Shown: piece after piece, positions 1-7,871 of the stretch
How positions within the stretch are numbered: position 1 is the stretch's first letter
Layout: each line of letters starts with the position of its first letter
Source: Treponemataceae bacterium
GTDB lineage: Bacteria > Spirochaetota > Spirochaetia > Treponematales > Rectinemataceae
Assembly: GCA_963677895.2 (NCBI GenBank)
Contig: CAXXGJ010000038.1
Coordinates: 192,001-256,000, forward strand
Direction of reading: 5' to 3'
Length of the DNA: 64,000 nucleotides
Translations under genes and position numbers: made by a program
Notes under the pieces: generated by a model
The model's input: the letters and a program-made list of their open reading frames with translations, nothing else
The model's database searches: none
What the model was told of the DNA's origin: nothing

Positions 1-215
1 TTCTCTATGGGAGAAGGATTATCGCTGACGACGATCTCATCGTTCCCCACCCGGGCATGAGAGAGAGAAAGTTCGTCCTCATCCCTCTCCTGCAGCTCGA
101 TCCGGGGATTCAGGATCCTGTGAGCGGCAGGAATTTCATGGAGTTCCTGGCCGACCTTCCGCCGCAGGGTATTTACCCGACCGGTCCCCGCATATATGAT
201 GCAATTTATCCGTGA
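1..215 (+). CDS. folK: HPPK (2-amino-4-hydroxy-6-hydroxymethyldihydropteridine diphosphokinase), 5'-truncated by the window edge
   Basis: Not in the ORF track. Manual translation from nt 3 gives LYGRRIIADDDLIVPHPGMRERKFVLIPL..., matching the FolK C-terminal LxxPHPxxxERxFVLxPL motif. The TGA at 213-215 overlaps the scpA ATG. Confidence 0.85.
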   Translation, partial: LYGRRIIADDDLIVPHPGMRERKFVLIPLLQLDPGIQDPVSGRNFMEFLADLPPQGIYPTGPRIYDAIYP

Positions 216-1021
216 TGAACAACAATCCTGACATAGACGCCACCATAGACAACCCTTCCTCATACATCGACAGCGGCACGCAGCGAAGAAATTTCAGGCT
301 CAAGGATTTTGAGGGTCCCCTGGACCTCCTGCTTTTCCTGATAAAGCGCAACGACATGAATATCTATGACATCCATATCGCCTCCATCACCGAGCAGTAT
401 CTGGAATGTCTCAGAAGCGAAGCGGGCGTCGATCTCGACGAGCTTTCGGAATTCTACAATCTTGCGGCGACCCTGCTTCTCATAAAATCCCGCATGCTCA
501 TTCCCTCCAGTTCCCTTGATGACGAGGATTTCGATGACCCAAGGCAAGGACTTATAGAAAAGCTGATCGAATACCAGAAATATAAAAAACTTTCCGGCCT
601 CATGGAACAGCGCGAAATGGAAGTCGAATGGACGCTGGAGCGGTCCTGCATGCAAAGGACGCTGCCTTTTCCCGACGATGATGACGAGACGCTCTGGAAG
701 GACCTCGATGTCTGGGATTTGCTGCGCACCTTCTCCTCCCTGGTGCAGAATTTCAACTCCGAAAGGATCATCGATCTCTATGAGGAAGTATCCATCAACG
801 AAAAAATTTCACTAATGAGGGAGCTGCTGGAACGCAAGGGCAGTTTTTCCTTCGTGGAGCTTATAACCAGGCCGCGTTCCGCTCTCGATCTTGCCTGCGC
901 CTTCCTGGCCATGCTGGAGTCGGTCAAGAACAAGTTCATCAGCATCAAGCAGCATAAGCTTTTTGGCGATATCCTGATTTTCCCTTACTCGAGCGAGGTC
1001 CTCAATGGAAAAGACTCCTGA
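215..1021 (+). CDS. scpA: Segregation and condensation protein A (kleisin)
   Basis: FEGPLDLLLFLI and LLLIKSRML motifs; C-terminal FLAMLE; precedes scpB. Start is ATG 215 (or GTG 212). Confidence 0.95.
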   Translation: MNNNPDIDATIDNPSSYIDSGTQRRNFRLKDFEGPLDLLLFLIKRNDMNIYDIHIASITEQYLECLRSEAGVDLDELSEFYNLAATLLLIKSRMLIPSSSLDDEDFDDPRQGLIEKLIEYQKYKKLSGLMEQREMEVEWTLERSCMQRTLPFPDDDDETLWKDLDVWDLLRTFSSLVQNFNSERIIDLYEEVSINEKISLMRELLERKGSFSFVELITRPRSALDLACAFLAMLESVKNKFISIKQHKLFGDILIFPYSSEVLNGKDS

Positions 1022-1562
1022 AAACGACGCTTCGATCATCGGAGCCATACTCTTTCTCGAAAGCGAACCGGTAGGCGAAGCCTATCTGTCGCGAGTCTCG
1101 GGCTTGTCCGAAGAGGATGTCCTGAACGCCCTCCAGCGCATCCAGGCGGAATACGAATCGCCCGTTCACGGATTCGCGCCCCTCCGTTCCGGCGGCGGAT
1201 GGATACTTGCCCCTAAAGTGGAGCTCTGGGAATACCTCAAGGATCATTACGGCAAGAAGAACGAAGCCAAGCTGTCGCGCGCCGCCATGGAAACCCTGTC
1301 GATAATCGCCTATTCCCAGCCCATAACCAGGGCGGAGGTTGAGGCGATACGAGGGGTATCCGCCGATGGAATGATACGTTTTCTCCTGTCGCGCGACTTC
1401 ATACAGGAAGTGGGCAAAAAAGACGTGCCGGGCAAGCCCATGCAGTATGGAACTACCCAGGAATTCCTAAAGTACTTTAAGTTGGGTTCCATCGCCGACC
1501 TGCCTAAACTGAGCGAAATCGAAAGAAACCGTTTTGATAAAACGGAAGGTGAACAGGGATGA
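1005..1562 (+). CDS. scpB: SMC-Scp complex subunit ScpB
   Basis: LSRAAMETLSIIAYSQPITRAEVEAIRGV and GKPMQYGTTQEFLKYF motifs. Confidence 0.95.
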   Translation: MEKTPENDASIIGAILFLESEPVGEAYLSRVSGLSEEDVLNALQRIQAEYESPVHGFAPLRSGGGWILAPKVELWEYLKDHYGKKNEAKLSRAAMETLSIIAYSQPITRAEVEAIRGVSADGMIRFLLSRDFIQEVGKKDVPGKPMQYGTTQEFLKYFKLGSIADLPKLSEIERNRFDKTEGEQG

Positions 1563-2308
1563 ACACGACTCCGCGCGAAAAAATCCGTCTACAGGCTTAT
1601 CTCGCCTCCTGCGGCATCGGTTCCCGCCGCGCCTGCGAAAAGCTTCTCGTGGAGGGAAGGGTGTCGGTCAACGGCAGCGCCGCGAAACTCGGCGACAGCG
1701 CCTTCCCTGGCGACGAAGTCCGCCTGGACGGAAAGGTCGTCAGGCAGCAGACTCGCCTAAGGTACATAGCGCTCAATAAACCTGTCGGATTCGTTACCTC
1801 GATGTCGGACGAAATGGGCCGGCCCGTAGCAGCGTCCCTCCTGGGCACTTCGGTGGAAGAACGAGTCTACAACGTCGGGCGCCTCGACCAATGGTCATCG
1901 GGCCTTCTTCTCTTCACGAACGACGGCGACCTGACGGCTCTCATGGTTCACCCCAGCGGCCTCATAGACAAGGAATACGAGGTTGAGACCGATCTGGACA
2001 TTCCCGAGACCTTCGCCCAGGAATTCGAGGCCGGCGTCCTTGTGGAAGATATTCTTTACAAAGCCGAATCCGTCCATGTCCTTTCCGAGAGGAAGATGAG
2101 GACCGTCCTCATCGAAGGCAAGAATCGGGAAATCCGCCGCGTGCTCGAGCATTTCGGCCTTCGCGCCCTCAAGCTGAAAAGGGTGCGAATAGGCCCCATA
2201 GAACTGGGGGACCTGGCTGAGGGAGCGCATCGCGAGCTCACGCTCGAGGAAGTGGCGGCCTTGCGTTCATTTTCGGAAAAATCGAAAAAAAGGGAATCCG
2301 GCAGATGA
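1559..2308 (+). CDS. rluB: RsuA/RluB-family pseudouridine synthase
   Basis: N-terminal S4 domain (RLQAYLASCGIGSRR), LNKP, catalytic VGRLD, EGKNREIRR; typical scpAB-rluB-cmk context. Confidence 0.85.
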   Translation: MNTTPREKIRLQAYLASCGIGSRRACEKLLVEGRVSVNGSAAKLGDSAFPGDEVRLDGKVVRQQTRLRYIALNKPVGFVTSMSDEMGRPVAASLLGTSVEERVYNVGRLDQWSSGLLLFTNDGDLTALMVHPSGLIDKEYEVETDLDIPETFAQEFEAGVLVEDILYKAESVHVLSERKMRTVLIEGKNREIRRVLEHFGLRALKLKRVRIGPIELGDLAEGAHRELTLEEVAALRSFSEKSKKRESGR

Positions 2309-2961
2309 TCGTGGCGATGGACGGACCGGCCGGCTGCGGCAAATCGACGATCGCCAAGCTGCTTTCTTCCAGGCTGGGCTTTACGTATATCAATTCCGGC
2401 AATATCTACAGGGCGATTTCGTTCGCTTCCATCGAGCGCGGCATAGGGTATGAAGACAAGGAAGCGCTCCTCGGATGCGCCTCCACGCTGAACATAGATT
2501 CGGACGCCGACGGCGCCATAATTCTCGACGGCAGGAAAGTGAGCGCGGAACTCCGCAGCGCCGCGGTGGACGCCATCGTATCCCAGGTTTCGGCCATTCC
2601 CGAGATCCGCGACATCGTCAACATCATCGTCCGGAGGATAGCCGCCAACCGCGACAGCGTGGTGGAAGGCCGTGACATGACGACGGTGGTTTTTCCCGAA
2701 GCCGAAGCCAAATTCTACATAGACGCGTCGGTGGAGGAGAGGGCGAAAAGGCGTTTCGATCAGGGCAGTTCCACCATGACCTATGAAGCGATACTCGAAA
2801 ATATCAGGATGAGAGACAGGATAGATACGAATAAGAAAGTCGGAGCCCTAAAAATCGCCCCTGACGCCCTCTATTTGGATACATCCGGCTTGACCATAGA
2901 GCAAGTTTATGAGAAAGTATACAGTAAAATTCTACACTTAAGGGAAGCACATGGAGAATAA
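2305..2961 (+). CDS. cmk: Cytidylate kinase
   Basis: DGPAGCGKST P-loop, SGNIYRA, VVEGRDMTTVVFP. Confidence 0.95.
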   Translation: MIVAMDGPAGCGKSTIAKLLSSRLGFTYINSGNIYRAISFASIERGIGYEDKEALLGCASTLNIDSDADGAIILDGRKVSAELRSAAVDAIVSQVSAIPEIRDIVNIIVRRIAANRDSVVEGRDMTTVVFPEAEAKFYIDASVEERAKRRFDQGSSTMTYEAILENIRMRDRIDTNKKVGALKIAPDALYLDTSGLTIEQVYEKVYSKILHLREAHGE

Positions 2962-4681
2962 GGAAGTGGAAATGGACGCCGCCGCTCCCGCCCGCGACGA
3001 ATTCCAGACACAATTGCAGGAGCAGTACCTCAAAAGTTTCGAGGGGCTGGAGGAGGGAGATTTAATTGACGGCAAAGTCGTCCAGATAGCTGGCGATTTC
3101 GTGTTTGTCGACGTTGGATACAAATCCGAAGGTAAGATCCCCGTAATCGAATTCGGTGATGAACCGCCCAAAGTCGGCGACGATGTCAAAGTCATCCTTG
3201 TCAAAAAAGAAACCCATTCAGGCGAGGTAATTGTCTCCAAGAAACGCGCTGAAGAGAAAGTCTTCTGGAAAGCAGTCGCGAACGCGTTCAAGGAACATCA
3301 GCCCGTCGATGGAACGATCGAGAAAGAAGTGAAGGGCGGCTTCGAGGCCGACCTGGGACACGGGCTCAAGGGATTCCTGCCTTCATCCAAGGCCGACATC
3401 CAAAGAGTCGAGAGCGGCGAAGGATTCGTCGGTCTCAAGAGCAAGTTCTATCTCGAGCGCCTCTATTCCGAGAAAAAGATCAACATAATCCTCAACCGCA
3501 GAAAGTGGCTCGAGGAAGACATCGATAAGCGCCGCGAGGCATTCTTCCAGACGGTACAGATCGGCGATACGGTCAAGGGCGTGGTGAAAAGCTTTACCAG
3601 CTTTGGAGCCTTCATCGACCTTGGCGGTTTTGACGGACTGCTCCATATCAACGACATGAGCTGGGGTCACGTGACCCGACCCAAGGACTATGTCCGCAAG
3701 GGCCAGGAAATCGAACTCAAGGTCATTCGTCTCGAACCGGAAGAAAAACGCATCAACCTTTCCCTGAAGCATTTCAGCCAGGATCCCTGGTTCACCTTCG
3801 AGGAAAAGTACCACGTCAACGACATCGTGAAGGGCAAGGTGACCAAGCTTACCGACTACGGCGCCTTCATCGAGCTGGAAGAGGGCATCGAAGGCCTGGC
3901 CCACATCTCCGAGTTCTCCTGGGTCAAAAAAGTCCACAAGCCCGAAGACATGCTCAAGCCCGGCGACCTCGTCGACTGCATGGTTCTTGGGTATGACATC
4001 CAGGCGGGAAAAGTCTCGCTCGGACTCAAGCAGGTTCAGGTCAATCCCTGGGACAGCATCAACGACAACTACCCCCTCGGCATGCGCCTCACCCGCAAGA
4101 TCGTGAAAGTGACCAACGCCGGCGCCTTTGTCGAACTCGAAGAAGGCATCGACGGATTCCTCCACGTAGACGATCTTTCCTGGACGTCCAGGGTCAAGAA
4201 CCCCGCATCAGTGCTCCACGAAGGCGAAGAAATCGAAGTCGTGGTCATCGAGAGCAACCCGGAAGAGCGAAATGTGCGCCTCGGCGTAAAGCAGCTCTCG
4301 GAAGACCCCTGGAGATCGTTCGCGAGAGCGTTCAGGGTGGGTTCCATCGTCGAAGGCACCGTTTCCAACGTCACCGATTTCGGCGTTTTCGTCAAAGTCC
4401 AGGGCGATATCGACGGCCTCGTGAAGAAGCAGGATCTCAGTTCCGACAGGGACGTATCCTGGGACGATGCCCTCAAGACCTTCACCGTGGGCATGGCGGT
4501 AAAAGCAGTCGTCATCGACTTGAATCCCGAGAGGCAGAAGCTTGGCCTTTCCATCCGCGATCTGGTTCAGCGCCAGCAGCGCGAGGAGATTTCCAAGTTC
4601 ATGCAGAGCGAGGACGCAGATGCTGGATACACCATCGGCGATCTGCTCAAAGACCGCGATACGACGAAAAAACCCTCTTGA
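2951..4681 (+). CDS. rpsA: 30S ribosomal protein S1
   Basis: Tandem S1 domains (FGAFIDLGGFDGLLHI, YGAFIELEEGIEGLAHI and similar); follows cmk. Confidence 0.97.
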   Translation: MENKEVEMDAAAPARDEFQTQLQEQYLKSFEGLEEGDLIDGKVVQIAGDFVFVDVGYKSEGKIPVIEFGDEPPKVGDDVKVILVKKETHSGEVIVSKKRAEEKVFWKAVANAFKEHQPVDGTIEKEVKGGFEADLGHGLKGFLPSSKADIQRVESGEGFVGLKSKFYLERLYSEKKINIILNRRKWLEEDIDKRREAFFQTVQIGDTVKGVVKSFTSFGAFIDLGGFDGLLHINDMSWGHVTRPKDYVRKGQEIELKVIRLEPEEKRINLSLKHFSQDPWFTFEEKYHVNDIVKGKVTKLTDYGAFIELEEGIEGLAHISEFSWVKKVHKPEDMLKPGDLVDCMVLGYDIQAGKVSLGLKQVQVNPWDSINDNYPLGMRLTRKIVKVTNAGAFVELEEGIDGFLHVDDLSWTSRVKNPASVLHEGEEIEVVVIESNPEERNVRLGVKQLSEDPWRSFARAFRVGSIVEGTVSNVTDFGVFVKVQGDIDGLVKKQDLSSDRDVSWDDALKTFTVGMAVKAVVIDLNPERQKLGLSIRDLVQRQQREEISKFMQSEDADAGYTIGDLLKDRDTTKKPS

Positions 4682-4719
4682 TCTGCCGCGACGCGGCATA
4701 TTGAGAAAAGACAAAGGCG

Positions 4720-6231
4720 ATGGTGGGGACGATAGACCAGGCGAAGTTCGAGTTGCTCATCGATGTTTGCGCATTGATAAACTCGAATTATGCCGACGGA
4801 AACGTCCTCATGTCGCAGATTATCGAATCATCGGCAAGGCTCGTCGGCGCGGAAGCGGCGAGCCTTGTTTTATATGATCCCGTCGCCGGCAAACTTCATT
4901 TTGAAATAGCCATCGGCCCCAAAAAAGCCGAAATAACAGGAAAGGTTCAGGATCCCAAGGAAGGGATCATCGGCTGGGTAGTCCAGCATGGGCAATCGCT
5001 CATCGTCAACGATCCGGCCAGCGATTCCCGATTTTCTCCCTCAATCTCCAAAGAAATAGATTTCCCGACAAATTCCATACTAGCCGTGCCCATGAAGGTA
5101 AAAGGCGTCCTGGTCGGCGTCATCGAAGTGATCAATAAGACGCAGGGCAGATACTTCCTTGAGGAAGATCTTTATTGGCTCGAACTTTTCGCGATGCAGG
5201 CGGCGATAGCCGTTGAAAACGCGAAATTCATGGAAAAAACCTCCATAGAGCTTTCATATTTGAATGAGAAGGCTCTTGCCAATTCAGGCTGGCATACCCT
5301 TGTTTTCGCTTCCGTCGCGATCGCCGAAAAAGTCGACCTCATCGACAGGATAGCCCCCAGCGATGCCTCTGTACTCATCCTGGGAGAAAGCGGGGTAGGG
5401 AAGGAACTCTTCGCGGAAAGGCTGCACCGCGCGTCCAAACGTGCCGAAAAACCTTTCGTGCGCGTCAACTGCGCCGCCCTTCCCGAAACCCTCCTTGAAA
5501 GCGAACTCTTCGGTCACGTGAAAGGCGCCTTTACCGACGCGTATCAGGACAGAAAAGGGCGTTTCGAGATAGCCGACGGCGGCACCATCTTCCTCGACGA
5601 AATAGCCGAAATGCCGCTTCGCCTCCAGTCAAAACTGCTTCGCGTACTCCAGCAGAAAAGTTTCGAGAAAGTCGGCTCATCCGAAACAAAAACCGTCGAC
5701 GTTCGTATCGTCGCCGCCACCAATCGGAACCTCGAAGCCATGGTGAGCAATCAGGAATTCCGTTCCGACCTGTATTATCGCCTCAATGTGCTTCCTCTCT
5801 ACATACCGCCTCTTCGAGAGCGCAAAGAGGACATTCCCGCCCTTGCGTCGCATTTTCTTAAGCAGGCCGCCCGAGAAACCAACAAGCAGATAAGCGGATT
5901 TTCCGATTCAGCCATGGAATGCATGCTCTCCTATGCCTGGCCGGGCAACGTCCGCGAACTCGAGAACGCGGTCGAACGCGCCGCGGTCATGACCAGACAT
6001 CACGTGATAACGGCCGGAGATCTGATGTTGGGCGGCAAGAGCGAAGATGTCGACGACTTCACCGGAAAAAATCTCAGGGAAGCCATCAATGTGTTCAAGA
6101 CGCACTTCATCAGAAAGTCTCTCGAACTGCATGGATGGAATCAGACGGCGACCGCCAAGGCCATGAATATACAGCGAACCTACTTATCAAGATTGATAAA
6201 AGAGCTTAATATTGCACAACCCAAGGAGTGA
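4720..6231 (+). CDS. GAF-domain sigma54-dependent Fis-family transcriptional activator
   Basis: N-terminal GAF-like domain; Walker A GESGVGKE, ESELFGHVKGAFTDA, Walker B IFLDEI, FRSDLYYRL, WPGNVRELEN; C-terminal Fis HTH. Confidence 0.92.
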   Translation: MVGTIDQAKFELLIDVCALINSNYADGNVLMSQIIESSARLVGAEAASLVLYDPVAGKLHFEIAIGPKKAEITGKVQDPKEGIIGWVVQHGQSLIVNDPASDSRFSPSISKEIDFPTNSILAVPMKVKGVLVGVIEVINKTQGRYFLEEDLYWLELFAMQAAIAVENAKFMEKTSIELSYLNEKALANSGWHTLVFASVAIAEKVDLIDRIAPSDASVLILGESGVGKELFAERLHRASKRAEKPFVRVNCAALPETLLESELFGHVKGAFTDAYQDRKGRFEIADGGTIFLDEIAEMPLRLQSKLLRVLQQKSFEKVGSSETKTVDVRIVAATNRNLEAMVSNQEFRSDLYYRLNVLPLYIPPLRERKEDIPALASHFLKQAARETNKQISGFSDSAMECMLSYAWPGNVRELENAVERAAVMTRHHVITAGDLMLGGKSEDVDDFTGKNLREAINVFKTHFIRKSLELHGWNQTATAKAMNIQRTYLSRLIKELNIAQPKE

Positions 6232-6238
6232 GCGATCT

Positions 6239-6958
6239 ATGGAAACAAAGGCAAAAATCATAAGGCCCGATAACGAGGAAGAGGGTAAAAAAGATTTCAT
6301 CCAGAAGCTTTCTGAATTCATCAGCAAGAATAAAGTTCTCGTTCTCTCCATCACGGGCGCCATAGTCGGCATTCTCCTGATTGTCGGCCTCTATACCATC
6401 ATCGCCAGTTCCACGGCTGAAAACTCCTCCCGCGCCATGGAAGAAGTCCGAAACAAGATCGCCACCTGGAATAATGAATCCGAAGAAGCGAAAAAGACCG
6501 AAATTGAAAACGGCATCATGGCCGATATCGATACCGTGACGAAGAAATGGCCGAAATCCTTCGCCGCCCAGCAGGCTCTCTTTACCAAGAGCAGCCTCTA
6601 TGCGGTGAAGAAAGATTGGGCAAACGCCGAAACCGCCAGCCTTGCGGCCGCCAACAAGCTTCCCAAAACCTACCTGGCGCCGCTGGCGCTGGAAAGCGCC
6701 GCCGTAGCCGCGGAAGAGCAGGGGAAGGCTGATGTCGCCCTCGAATATTACAGCAAGATCATCGCCCAGTACAAAGAAGACACGCCCAACCTAGCGCACG
6801 CCTATTTCTCCGTCGCTCGCCTGAACGAAGCCAAGTCCGACTGGAAGGCGGCTCTCGAAAGCTACAACAAGATTCTCTCGGACTTCCCGAACACGGATTG
6901 GGCCAAGCTCGCCAAGGATAGGGTTATTTATCTGAAAGCCCAGGGCTACGATAAGTAA
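6239..6958 (+). CDS. Single-pass membrane TPR protein (YfgM-like architecture)
   Basis: N-terminal TM helix then TPR-like helices (ALEYYSKII, ALESYNKILSDFP). Start set at ATG 6239, after AAGGAG. Confidence 0.75.
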   Translation: METKAKIIRPDNEEEGKKDFIQKLSEFISKNKVLVLSITGAIVGILLIVGLYTIIASSTAENSSRAMEEVRNKIATWNNESEEAKKTEIENGIMADIDTVTKKWPKSFAAQQALFTKSSLYAVKKDWANAETASLAAANKLPKTYLAPLALESAAVAAEEQGKADVALEYYSKIIAQYKEDTPNLAHAYFSVARLNEAKSDWKAALESYNKILSDFPNTDWAKLAKDRVIYLKAQGYDK

Positions 6959-6987
6959 CGAATTGCCGTCTGGCAGGTTTTCTATAG

Positions 6988-7037
6988 AAAAAAGCAGGTT
7001 CGTCGTCGCATCGTGCGAGGCTCGATCCTGCTTTTTT
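6988..7037. terminator. Long hairpin with A/T tails; probable bidirectional intrinsic terminator
   Basis: AAAAAAGCAGG (6988-6998) pairs with CCTGCTTTTTT (7027-7037), with an inner TCGCA/TGCGA stem. Confidence 0.65.
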
Positions 7038-7069
7038 ATTATATGCGCCACGAGGAAAGGTAACACGAG

Positions 7070-7756
7070 ATGAGAAAAAACTTTCGACCTATTATTGTTT
7101 TCTGCTTCTTTTTGTTTTTCTCTATAGGCTGTGGTCTACCAACGTATTTATACCTTTATCCTCCAAGCGACTTTGATGATAGTTCCGAAAGCCAGCTCAC
7201 CTTGGAACATAATATTTCAAACTATGATTCTACCGAAGGTTCGGATCAATCATTCAAAGGATATGAGATATACTATCGCGCATACGATTCTCCTGAGACA
7301 GCGCAGGATGAAATTAATAGTCTTGTAACCAATGCAAGTACATACGAGGGGTATCCCGATAGCTTCATGACCTATGCGACTACCACTTTAGACTTTGTGA
7401 GATTAAGGTTTATCTCAAGCAACGAGTCTCCGCTCTTATCCATCTCAAATCCATCGAATTCTGCATATTTCTATATCAATCTGAATGCTGACATAGATTG
7501 GACCTTGAATGACGAAGACAACAATATTCTCAATTACTTTGCAAGAAATATCACTTCCGACTTTTCAACCCGTGGATCCTTTTTCACCTCAAGCAACTAC
7601 GAGAACGGGGACGATGATTATGAGGGAAGTGACGCTCCTGCAGCTATATATTTTGCATTTTATGCAGTCGCCTTTGGAAGCGATTCGGAGACTTTCGAAA
7701 CTGTGTACAGCGACCCGGTTGTGATCGACAGCTACCTATCTTATACGCCTAGTTAA
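7070..7756 (+). CDS. Hypothetical lipoprotein
   Basis: Basic N-terminus, hydrophobic stretch and lipobox FSIG-C; acidic S/Y/N-rich mature part; visibly AT-rich. Confidence 0.75.
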   Translation: MRKNFRPIIVFCFFLFFSIGCGLPTYLYLYPPSDFDDSSESQLTLEHNISNYDSTEGSDQSFKGYEIYYRAYDSPETAQDEINSLVTNASTYEGYPDSFMTYATTTLDFVRLRFISSNESPLLSISNPSNSAYFYINLNADIDWTLNDEDNNILNYFARNITSDFSTRGSFFTSSNYENGDDDYEGSDAPAAIYFAFYAVAFGSDSETFETVYSDPVVIDSYLSYTPS

Positions 7757-7765
7757 ATCAAAGTG

Positions 7766-7793
7766 ACTTCGTATAATGTATATTCTGTCTACT
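7766..7793. other. dif: Candidate dif site (XerCD chromosome dimer resolution)
   Basis: ACTTCGTATAA-TGTATA-TTCTGTCTACT has 11-6-11 architecture and the same spacer as E. coli dif. It is intergenic, AT-rich and lies between convergent gene blocks. Confidence 0.65.
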
Positions 7794-7871
7794 GTTGTAT
7801 AACCGTATTATACAAAAAACGGCTCAAGCCATAAAACTCAAGCCGCTTTCCATGGAGCCATAGGCTGAACG

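Noticed and set aside
7766..7781. 16-nt identity to loxP (ACTTCGTATAATGTAT)
   Set aside because: The loxP right arm (TATACGAAGTTAT) is absent and there is no vector sequence nearby; a dif-type site explains the match better.
7821..7862. Short repeats CTCAAGCC x2 and AGCCATA x2
   Set aside because: Too short and irregular for a CRISPR array or iterons.
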